A stretch of DNA of 60,482 nucleotides from NCBI GenBank assembly GCA_964448615.1, contig CAYUWH010000003.1, forward strand, positions 1 to 60,482, read 5' to 3'. This stretch comes from an uncultured Candidatus Peribacteria bacterium. Its GTDB lineage: Bacteria > Patescibacteriota > Gracilibacteria > Peribacterales > Peribacteraceae. Below, piece after piece: positions 12,620 through 19,661 of this stretch. Below the pieces are notes generated by a model that saw only the letters and a list, made by a program, of their open reading frames with translations, did no database searches and was not told where the DNA came from. Both the position numbers and the translations under genes were made by a program. Within the stretch, counting starts at the first letter, position 1, and the number at the start of each line of letters is the position of its first letter.

Positions 12620-14572
12620 ATGTCCGAATCCTCTCCTGAACGGCCGCGCAATCCAACCCGTCTCCCGGAGATTCTCAGTGATCTGCATATCGAATTGTTG
12701 CGCCCGATTTGCGAAGGGGTGGACAGTGCGGAATTGCGCCCGTCCGATCCCAATACGGAGAGCAGCGGCTATGCCACGATCATCTCGCAGCCGGACAAAG
12801 ATGCACCGCAGCGGCTCGTCATCTATTACCATCCCGTGACGGTGCACACGATCGGCGAGGCGCGCGTGTTCGCGATCATGCTGCATGAACTGGGGCATCA
12901 TCATCCTGAAGTTGAGCGGTTCCAGCATTCGTGTTTGCGCTTTGCCAAGGCGGCGGAAGGAGAGCAATTTTTACCTCCGAACCTGGCTGACAAAGCGAAG
13001 CTCGTGCATACGTGTTTCAATATCCTCGCAGACGTATTGCTTGAAACCATTTGCTGCCGCAATCTGCCTGCGGAAAAAATGATGCGCAGCGCGCTTTCCT
13101 ATAATCGTGCGCATCTCTTTTTTGAGCACATGGATCCGGACGGGACGCGTTTGCAGGCATACGAAGAGTCGGATCGTCAGCTGTTTCCGTGGTCGGAAGA
13201 GGAATTTCGCAAGATGGAAGCGTGGTCCCAGCTTATGCAGGCATCGCTCGTCGCGCCATTTTTTCAATGGCCGGACGAGGCGTGGATGGCTCCGTCGCTT
13301 GCCAAGCGCATGCCGGAAGTGCGGCAGCTGTTCAGTGAGCTCCGCAGCCCCGCGACCCGCGGCGAGATGAAAGGACATTTGTTCCTCAAATACGTCGGTA
13401 TCGTCGGAGATTTGATTCGAGAGGAGATGCACAAGCTTTCCGCCGCCGGCGGCGATACGACCCAAAAATCGGGCGAACTCAGCGATCGTGTCGGGGATAC
13501 TTGTGATCGCGCGGATCGCATCACCAAGCCCGGAGAGGCGGAAGGACAGCCTTCAACGGAACAGAAAGAGCCTCCGCCCAGAGATCTGACTGAAGATATC
13601 GGTGCACAGCGCAAACGCATGGATGACTTGATGCAAAGCCAGAATGCGGAAGAGGAAGAATATATCAAACAGAAAGCGGCCGAGCTTGGCGTTAACGTAA
13701 AAACGTATCGTCTCTATCTCGATATTTGTAAAGAGTGGGAGGATGTCATCAAAGAGTTCACCAGGGCGCTCTCGCAATTCGTGTTGCGTGATTTTCAAGT
13801 GGAACCGCGTACGGGATTTTCCGAGGGCTACATGATCACGCCGGGCCGGGAATTTGAAACGTACATGCGTATCCGAATGGGGGAGGAAGACCCCGACACG
13901 ATGGAGGGATACCAGACGTTCCGCAATCCGCGCGTGTTGCAGCTTTACCCGTGCATCGACACGTCCGGAAGCATGAAGCACCGTATCGAAGAAACGTTGG
14001 CGTATTACACCGTTATCGCGAAGTCCTGCTTTAATATTCAACAGGAATTGAAGCACAACGCATCGAACTACAACATTCCTTTCAGTTGGCCGCCCCCCCT
14101 TTCGCTCGAAGTCGTGACGTTCTCCGACACGCCCGAAGTGGTCGTGCCGTTTCAAGAAACGATGGACGAGAAGACGCTTCTCAAAGGCTTCGAGAGCATC
14201 ATTCATGAGACGAGCGTGGGGCAAGGCACCAACGACAGCGGAGCGCTGAAATTCGTGTATAAAGAAATGGAAAAGAACGATGTGAACGCGCTCAAAATTC
14301 TCATGATGCTGACGGACGGCGTGGGGAATCACGACCTTCTGGAGCCGATCATCCGGCAAATCGAAGAGGATCCGGGGATTTATTTCCTTGTGTCCGGAGT
14401 GGGCTACGGGTCGGGTGCGGTGCAGAAAGCGTATCAAGATCGCTTCCGACCCACGCAGGATTTTCATGTGTTTGCCATGGAGCATGAAACGGTGAAAGAG
14501 GCGCTGCTCGAGACTCTCGGGCTCATCAAGCAATGGACTGCGGAATTCTACGCCCGCAATACACCGAGCTGA
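12620..14572 (+). CDS. zincin-like (HExxH) + von Willebrand factor A domain protein
   Basis: 650 aa. N-terminal IMLHELGHHH (HExxH, ~12884-12898). C-terminal vWA with MIDAS-like DTSGSM (~13958-13975) and MMLTDGVGN. Starts 3 nt after the NTPase stop. The layout resembles the metallopeptidase-N + VWA-like proteins that partner MoxR ATPases. Confidence 0.65.
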   Translation: MSESSPERPRNPTRLPEILSDLHIELLRPICEGVDSAELRPSDPNTESSGYATIISQPDKDAPQRLVIYYHPVTVHTIGEARVFAIMLHELGHHHPEVERFQHSCLRFAKAAEGEQFLPPNLADKAKLVHTCFNILADVLLETICCRNLPAEKMMRSALSYNRAHLFFEHMDPDGTRLQAYEESDRQLFPWSEEEFRKMEAWSQLMQASLVAPFFQWPDEAWMAPSLAKRMPEVRQLFSELRSPATRGEMKGHLFLKYVGIVGDLIREEMHKLSAAGGDTTQKSGELSDRVGDTCDRADRITKPGEAEGQPSTEQKEPPPRDLTEDIGAQRKRMDDLMQSQNAEEEEYIKQKAAELGVNVKTYRLYLDICKEWEDVIKEFTRALSQFVLRDFQVEPRTGFSEGYMITPGREFETYMRIRMGEEDPDTMEGYQTFRNPRVLQLYPCIDTSGSMKHRIEETLAYYTVIAKSCFNIQQELKHNASNYNIPFSWPPPLSLEVVTFSDTPEVVVPFQETMDEKTLLKGFESIIHETSVGQGTNDSGALKFVYKEMEKNDVNALKILMMLTDGVGNHDLLEPIIRQIEEDPGIYFLVSGVGYGSGAVQKAYQDRFRPTQDFHVFAMEHETVKEALLETLGLIKQWTAEFYARNTPS

Positions 14573-14594
14573 TTGTCTGCGGTATAGTCGGCTC

Positions 14595-14993
14595 ATGCAG
14601 TTTCCTGTCGAGCTCTCTCCGCCGTTACTTGCGTTGGCGATGCAGCTGAATCTTCGTCCCGAGGATATCGAGGAGCAATTCGTGAAGGGGAGCGGAGCCG
14701 GAGGGCAGAAGGTAAACAAAACCAGCAGCGTCGTGCATCTTCGCCATGTGCCCACAGGCATCGAAGTGCGGATGCAGAAGCATCGCGAACAGAGTCGGAA
14801 CAGGGCTTCTGCCTATAAGCTGCTGATTCTCAAGATTGAGGAACACAAAAAGGGAAAAGAGTCGAAGCTCTCGCAGAAAATTTTTAAGTTACGAAAACAA
14901 AAACAGCGTCGTTCGCGACGGGCGAAAGAAAAAATGCTTCAAGAAAAACATCATCGCACGGAGATCAAAGAGGGGAGAAGATCGTTTCTTTAG
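14595..14993 (+). CDS. RF-1-domain GGQ protein (ArfB/ICT1/C12orf65-like peptidyl-tRNA hydrolase)
   Basis: 132 aa. GSGAGGQKVNKTSSVVHLRHVPTGIEVRMQKHREQSRNRASA is a class-I release factor GGQ domain. It is followed by a lysine/arginine-rich tail. Confidence 0.8.
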   Translation: MQFPVELSPPLLALAMQLNLRPEDIEEQFVKGSGAGGQKVNKTSSVVHLRHVPTGIEVRMQKHREQSRNRASAYKLLILKIEEHKKGKESKLSQKIFKLRKQKQRRSRRAKEKMLQEKHHRTEIKEGRRSFL

Positions 14994-14998
14994 TCGGT

Positions 14999-15436
14999 TC
15001 AGCGTAGATGTGCCGCGAGATCCTGTAATGCTGCCTGCATATTCGGGACCAGTGCTTCGAGATTGCGCAGCTCGTCGTGCGTGTACCAGTGGAAACCGCC
15101 GATCTTGTGCGGTTCCAGATCCGGGACCGGGTCATCGCTGCTTGAGCAGAGGTAGGTGTGTACCGTGAACGTGCCTTCAGGGGTGTGGGTCTGATAGATG
15201 CCGAGAAGGGACCCGATCGCAATGTTCATGCCTAGCTCTTCCTGTGTCTCGCGCTTGGCGGCGTCTTCCGGCGTTTCCCCGGGTTCGAGTTTGCCGCCTG
15301 GCGGCTCAATGCGGAGGCCGTGCTTGATGTTGTGAACGAGAAGGACTTTACGGTCGCGTACGACAAGAACCGCGACCAATTGGCGGCGCGGCTGCTCAAT
15401 CTGTTCAGGTTCAGATGAAGGGATATTGACCATCAA
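14999..15436 (-). CDS. NUDIX hydrolase
   Basis: Nudix box GGKLEPGETPEDAAKRETQEELG (Gx5Ex7REUxEExGU). Confidence 0.85.
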   Translation of the reverse strand: MMVNIPSSEPEQIEQPRRQLVAVLVVRDRKVLLVHNIKHGLRIEPPGGKLEPGETPEDAAKRETQEELGMNIAIGSLLGIYQTHTPEGTFTVHTYLCSSSDDPVPDLEPHKIGGFHWYTHDELRNLEALVPNMQAALQDLAAHLR

Positions 15437-15437
15437 C

Positions 15438-15647
15438 TTACACTTTCAGGCCCTTTTGCATTCTTTTGGCCAGCGTGCGGAGATAGCTGGTGGACACCTT
15501 CATGGTCTTGTATTCACCTGTTTTAGGGTCAAAAATGCGCTTCTTTTGGATATTTGCGCGGAAGCTTCTGCGCGTGGAACGCAACGAGTGGCTTCGGGTG
15601 TTACCGAAAGCGGTTCCTTTGCCGGTTTTGACGCATCTACGTGCCAT
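15438..15647 (-). CDS. rpmB: 50S ribosomal protein L28
   Basis: 69 aa. MARRCVKTGKGTAFGNTRSHSLRSTRRSFRANIQKKRI matches the L28 N-terminal signature. Confidence 0.85.
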   Translation of the reverse strand: MARRCVKTGKGTAFGNTRSHSLRSTRRSFRANIQKKRIFDPKTGEYKTMKVSTSYLRTLAKRMQKGLKV

Positions 15648-15706
15648 GGGACGGCAAGATTAGCTGGTAGCAGGATGGGCGTCAACAGCAACTTGCTGGC
15701 TTTGAG

Positions 15707-15769
15707 TGAGTAGTTTGTAGTGGGTAGTGAGTAGTTTTTTTGACATTTCTACCTACTACAAACTACTCA
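15707..15769. repeat. 21-bp word-built hairpin (GAGTAG/GTAGT words) in divergent promoter region
   Basis: TGAGTAGTTTGTAGTGGGTAG (15707-15727) pairs with CTACCTACTACAAACTACTCA (15749-15769) with one G-U. The 21-nt loop contains T7 and TTGACA (15740-15745). Lies between the divergent rpmB and M50 protease genes. Confidence 0.7.
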
Positions 15770-15815
15770 CTACTCACTTCTCAATGAGGCCCTATATTTA
15801 CGCTATACTTGCGCT

Positions 15816-16481
15816 ATGACATTTTTGAATCCCACCTACATCATTGCGATCCTGATCGCCATTTCCCTCCACGAATGGGCACATGCGATTACGGCACATC
15901 GTTTTGGAGATCCGACGCCGGAACGGGAGGGCAGGCTGACCATCAATCCTATCGCACACCTTGATCTCATCGGTGCGCTGATGTTCTTGTTTGTCGGCTT
16001 CGGATGGGCCAAGCCGGTGCCCGTGAATCCCGGCTATTTCCGCAAACCAAAATTGCAGATGGCTCTTGTGGCGCTTGCGGGCCCGGTGATGAATCTCTTG
16101 CTGGCGTTCATCGCGTTTATCGGATTGGTGTTCCTGACCAATACGCAGTCGCTTTCCATCATGGATCTGCTTTCTCCAATGAGTGATTCCTCCCCCGGCG
16201 TGCGCGTGCTCGCGCAAATTCTCGGCAGCTCGCTCTTTGTGAATCTCGGATTGATGGCGTTCAACTTACTCCCGATTCCGCCGCTCGACGGTTCCAATAT
16301 GCTGCGTCTCTTCATTCCGTATCATCTTGAAGATCAGTATGAAACGCTCATGCGCTACGGCCCGTTCATTCTTCTTGCACTTGTGTTCTTGCCCATCCCG
16401 TTTCTCTCGCAGTGGGTACACACGATTATGGGAGCGGTGTTGTGGGCGTTTGAGATGTTGGTGGCTGCAGTAGGGTTGTGA
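15816..16481 (+). CDS. site-2 protease family (peptidase M50) zinc metalloprotease
   Basis: 221 aa, polytopic. HEWAHAITAHRFGD (HExxH inside a TM helix), NLLPIPPLDGS (the second M50 motif). Confidence 0.85.
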   Translation: MTFLNPTYIIAILIAISLHEWAHAITAHRFGDPTPEREGRLTINPIAHLDLIGALMFLFVGFGWAKPVPVNPGYFRKPKLQMALVALAGPVMNLLLAFIAFIGLVFLTNTQSLSIMDLLSPMSDSSPGVRVLAQILGSSLFVNLGLMAFNLLPIPPLDGSNMLRLFIPYHLEDQYETLMRYGPFILLALVFLPIPFLSQWVHTIMGAVLWAFEMLVAAVGL

Positions 16482-16502
16482 AGACGTTGTGGCCCGTATC
16501 TG

Positions 16503-17078
16503 TCAGTGCTTCCGTTGCCAATGCACAAACCGCGTTGCGAGCGATCCTTTGGGATCGAGATGTTGCAGCAGACGCAATCCTGCTTCTCGCACTCTGTCTG
16601 CGGTTGTAATTTCTTCCGGATTTTCCCCAAGGATGTCCGCTGCGGAACGGGGTGTGACATGCAAACCGTAGGCGCGGAAATAGGTAGTCGCCCGCTGCAC
16701 ATTTTTCCGGCCTGCCACCAAAATCAGATGATCAGTCGGGAGATGTTTTTCTCGAAGAAGCGTCACGACATTGCGCACGTTCTCCGCCGTATCGGTCGAT
16801 TCACTTTCAGTGAGAATATGTGCGGCCGGAATATTCCAGGGCGCGCGGCACACATACTCTCTCATCGCCTCCGCTTCGGACGGATACTGGGCGCCCGCGG
16901 TTCTGCCTCCGCTGAAGATGAGCAGAGAATCTTGTTCTTGCTGCCAGAGAGTGGCAGCGGCTGTCGCACGTTTGGCTGTGTGTGAGCCGATCCACTCAAA
17001 TGGTTCTTTGGCATTTGGTCTGTGTTCCAATCCTGCGCCGAAACAAATAATGACGATCATGCATTCTGAGCATAACAT
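16503..17078 (-). CDS. YdcF/DUF218 family protein
   Basis: LLIFSGGRTAGAQYPSEAEAMREY and STDTAENVRNV are typical DUF218 (ElyC/SanA/YdcF) motifs. Confidence 0.7.
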   Translation of the reverse strand: MLCSECMIVIICFGAGLEHRPNAKEPFEWIGSHTAKRATAAATLWQQEQDSLLIFSGGRTAGAQYPSEAEAMREYVCRAPWNIPAAHILTESESTDTAENVRNVVTLLREKHLPTDHLILVAGRKNVQRATTYFRAYGLHVTPRSAADILGENPEEITTADRVREAGLRLLQHLDPKGSLATRFVHWQRKH

Positions 17079-17161
17079 CGATCCTACTTTGCATATACTT
17101 ATAAAATGTTTTACATTACACGTAGAAGACGTTCTTTCGAACCGTTCACGGGGGAGATGAC

Positions 17162-17683
17162 ATGATCGAAGTCCGAAACGGCCGGTCCGTGCCTACGGTC
17201 ATTCAGGCAGGAGACACCATGATCTATTACTGGCGAGATCATCTGGTGAAGTTCTGCCGCGATGGCTGTGCTCTGGAGTACGGCAGCCACGATGACAAGC
17301 ATCCGCTCGAACTCGAGACCATGCAGCAGTTCGTGCAGCTCTGTGCGCTGGTGGCCGGCACGCGCGAGCTGGGATTCGGAGAGATGGATATCAGTCTCTC
17401 GTCGGATCTGTGGCGCTGCACCTTTACGGCGTCCATGCTGAGTCCCGAGGTGCTGGCACTGCAAGTGGGTGACATCATCCGCTTCTCGCCGGGGGGCGTT
17501 ATCGAAGTGTATCGCAGCCCCAAGATCTACACGCTGCGCGTGACGGAAGGCATGCCAGGATCTGCGGAGAACTGTCAGTTTCTCGCGAAGATCCTCGCGG
17601 AGGCCAATCTTCTCGATCTGGGGGATTGTAAGATTTCCCTGGAAGAGAAGTCGTTTTCGTTCGAGTTCCTGCCGCGTCTGTAA
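17162..17683 (+). CDS. hypothetical protein
   Basis: 173-aa ORF preceded by GGGGGAGA 4 nt (TGAC) before the ATG. Followed by an intrinsic terminator. No family recognised. Confidence 0.55.
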   Translation: MIEVRNGRSVPTVIQAGDTMIYYWRDHLVKFCRDGCALEYGSHDDKHPLELETMQQFVQLCALVAGTRELGFGEMDISLSSDLWRCTFTASMLSPEVLALQVGDIIRFSPGGVIEVYRSPKIYTLRVTEGMPGSAENCQFLAKILAEANLLDLGDCKISLEEKSFSFEFLPRL

Positions 17684-17701
17684 GCGGCACACGTCTCATT
17701 A

Positions 17702-17732
17702 TCCTGTCTGCCTTAGGTGGACAGGGTTTTTT
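17702..17732 (+). terminator. intrinsic terminator
   Basis: CCTGTC...GACAGG hairpin followed by T6 (17727-17732). Confidence 0.7.
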
Positions 17733-17741
17733 GCAATCGAA

Positions 17742-17816
17742 TGGAGCCGCCCATGGGAATTGAACCCACGACCCCGTCCTTACCATGGACGTGCTCTACC
17801 ACTGAGCTAGGGCGGC
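17742..17816 (-). tRNA. tRNA-Thr (anticodon GGT), CCA encoded
   Basis: The reverse complement reads GCCGCCCTAGCTCAGTGGTAGAGCACGTCCATGGTAAGGACGGGGTCGTGGGTTCAATTCCCATGGGCGGCTCCA. Anticodon loop ATGGTAA, giving GGT. Confidence 0.9.
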
Positions 17817-17872
17817 ATGTTTCGTTTATGGAAAGGCAGTCTAAATGGGCGATCTTCCGGCTACAAGCCATT

Positions 17873-18289
17873 TTATTCCTCTTCAGCGGATTCCAACGTT
17901 TCTCGCCAAAGTTGTAAAGGCTTGCCTTCTAACGTGCGCAATGCGTTTTTGAGCGTATGAAGCGCGAGCAGAGCGCACTTGATGCGGCGCGGTCCGATGG
18001 GAACGCCGAGCAGCGCAAGGATGTGATCTCGGTCGAGTGCGGCCGCTTGCGCCACGGTCAGGCCCAGCAGTCCTTCCGCGAGCATCGACATTCCGGCTTG
18101 GCTGATGGCACACCCTTCTCCTTCCCAGGCGACTTCCTGGATCACCTCGTTTTCCATGCGCAGAGACAATGCGAGCGCATCGCCGCAGCTCGGATTTTTT
18201 TCGCCGTGCGTCACGGTTGCCTCCGCAATGGTGCCTTTATGGCGCGGAGTGCGATAGTGATCGAGGATGTTCTCGGCGTAGAGATCCAT
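17873..18289 (-). CDS. sufU: Fe-S cluster assembly scaffold SufU/IscU-like
   Basis: ILDHYRTPRHKG, NPSCGD, EGEGCAISQA and the ALLALHTLKNAL motif. Start set at the internal Met (MDLYAENIL), because the upstream extension runs into the word repeat. Confidence 0.85.
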   Translation of the reverse strand: MDLYAENILDHYRTPRHKGTIAEATVTHGEKNPSCGDALALSLRMENEVIQEVAWEGEGCAISQAGMSMLAEGLLGLTVAQAAALDRDHILALLGVPIGPRRIKCALLALHTLKNALRTLEGKPLQLWRETLESAEEE

Positions 18290-18296
18290 ATGGCGT

Positions 18297-18382
18297 GTAC
18301 TGGTATACTCGTTACTCGAATACTCGTGCAAAATTTTACGGGTCACGCACGAGTATACGAGTATACCAGTAACGAGTATACG
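18297..18382. repeat. imperfect inverted repeat built from TACTCGT/TACTGGT words (family copy 2)
   Basis: Left arm GTACTGGTATACTCGTTACTCGAATACTCGTGC, right arm GCACGAGTATACGAGTATACCAGTAACGAGTATAC. ATACTCGTGC/GCACGAGTAT form a perfect 10-bp core. Lies between sufS and sufU. Confidence 0.7.
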
Positions 18383-18386
18383 ACCC

Positions 18387-19610
18387 TTAAATCTTCAGTT
18401 TTTTCTGCACTCCATTCAACACTTCTCCCAACTTCCGAATCTCCTCCTCCGTCGTATACATCCCAAGCGACACGCGCACCGATGCAGGAATGCCGAGTGT
18501 TTGATGCAGAATCTGTGCACAGTGTTGTCCGGCGCGCACGCAAATATTCTGGGATCCGAGTAGCTCGGCGATATCGTGAGGATGCGCCCCTTTCATGGTG
18601 AAGCTGATGCATCCGCGGCGATCCTCAGGGTCTATGTTTCCAAGGATGGTAATGCCGGGAAGCGAGGCAAGTGTTTCATGAAGAACACGCATCAGTTGTT
18701 GTTCATGTGCGAGGCGATCATGCCACGAGTAGTGCGCGGCCCATTCCAGCGCCGCTGCCAGGCCGATGGCTCCGGAGATCGGTTGCGTACCTGCTTCGAA
18801 GCGCTGTGGGGGATCGGCTGGTGCAAATCCATTGATAGTTACATCGCGGATCATGCCGCCTCCGCCCAAAAACGGCGGCATCGCTTCGAGTAATTGACGT
18901 TTGGCATAGAGCACGCCGATGCCGTCTGGCCCGTAGAGTTTGTGTCCGGAGAATGCGAGAAATTCACAGTCGAGATGCGCCACGTTCATTTCGTCGTGTG
19001 CTGCGAGTTGAGACGCATCAATAAGAACGGCTGCTCCTCGGTCATGCGCCTGCATGATCAAATGTTCCAATGGCTGACGGACGCCGATCACATTGCTCAA
19101 GCCCGTGAGCGCGCAAAGTTTGACGGGATGTTCGTGTAGCAATTGTTGTAGATGCGCTTGGGAAATCGTCCCATCGTGGTCCATGCGGATCCATGCGATG
19201 CGTACGTTTTTTTCCTCCGCAAGTTGCAGCCACGGAATGACGTTGCTGTGGTGTTCGAGTTCTGAGAGCAGGACCACGTCGCCTTCGTGCAGCATGCATC
19301 GCCCCCATGCATGGGCGACGAGATTGATCGCTTCGGTGGCGTTTTTCGTAAAGACAATCTCATCCGTGTGCTTCGCATGCAGAAACCTTGCAACGGTTTT
19401 TCGCGCCGCTTCGAAACGCTCCGTCGCTTTTTCCGCGAGCGGGTGCATGGAGCGGTGCGCTCCTCCGACGGATGTTTCGTAAAATTCCCGCATCGCCTCA
19501 AGAACAGCGTCCGGCTTCTGGCTGGTTGCGGCGCTGTCGAGATACGCCAGTTCCGGCTCGCGCCTGAAGAGGGGAAATTGGCCTCGGATGGAGGAGAGAG
19601 GGGTGGTCAT
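18387..19610 (-). CDS. sufS: cysteine desulfurase SufS (class V aminotransferase)
   Basis: 407 aa. FPLFRREPELAYLDSAATSQKP at the N-terminus, FSGHKLYGPDGIGVLY (PLP lysine), RAGQHCAQ (catalytic Cys loop). Confidence 0.9.
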   Translation of the reverse strand: MTTPLSSIRGQFPLFRREPELAYLDSAATSQKPDAVLEAMREFYETSVGGAHRSMHPLAEKATERFEAARKTVARFLHAKHTDEIVFTKNATEAINLVAHAWGRCMLHEGDVVLLSELEHHSNVIPWLQLAEEKNVRIAWIRMDHDGTISQAHLQQLLHEHPVKLCALTGLSNVIGVRQPLEHLIMQAHDRGAAVLIDASQLAAHDEMNVAHLDCEFLAFSGHKLYGPDGIGVLYAKRQLLEAMPPFLGGGGMIRDVTINGFAPADPPQRFEAGTQPISGAIGLAAALEWAAHYSWHDRLAHEQQLMRVLHETLASLPGITILGNIDPEDRRGCISFTMKGAHPHDIAELLGSQNICVRAGQHCAQILHQTLGIPASVRVSLGMYTTEEEIRKLGEVLNGVQKKLKI

Positions 19611-19661
19611 GCGGAGGAATCAGCTTACCCCAACTACGTGCTGCTGGTACACTATGGCATC

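Noticed and set aside
14573-15500. att-like direct repeat of the tRNA-Ser 3' end or an integrase marking the far border of the RT island.
   Set aside because: I could not find a copy of the tRNA 3' segment (GGGTTCGAATCCCTCCCTCTCC) or any recombinase-like ORF by eye. An aligner is needed to exclude short partial repeats.
19287-19661. N-terminal extensions of track ORFs that overlap upstream genes or repeats: 19287 for the membrane protein, 42446 for asnB, 4408 for pheT, 18346 for sufU, 53661 and 52645 in the glycan cluster, and 7427 for the RT.
   Set aside because: Canonical family N-termini (MCGIAGF, MKISLNWL, MDLYAENIL, MKVPVNEP and others) or ATGA/overlap junctions occur at internal Mets. 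The extensions overlap neighbouring genes, terminators or word repeats.
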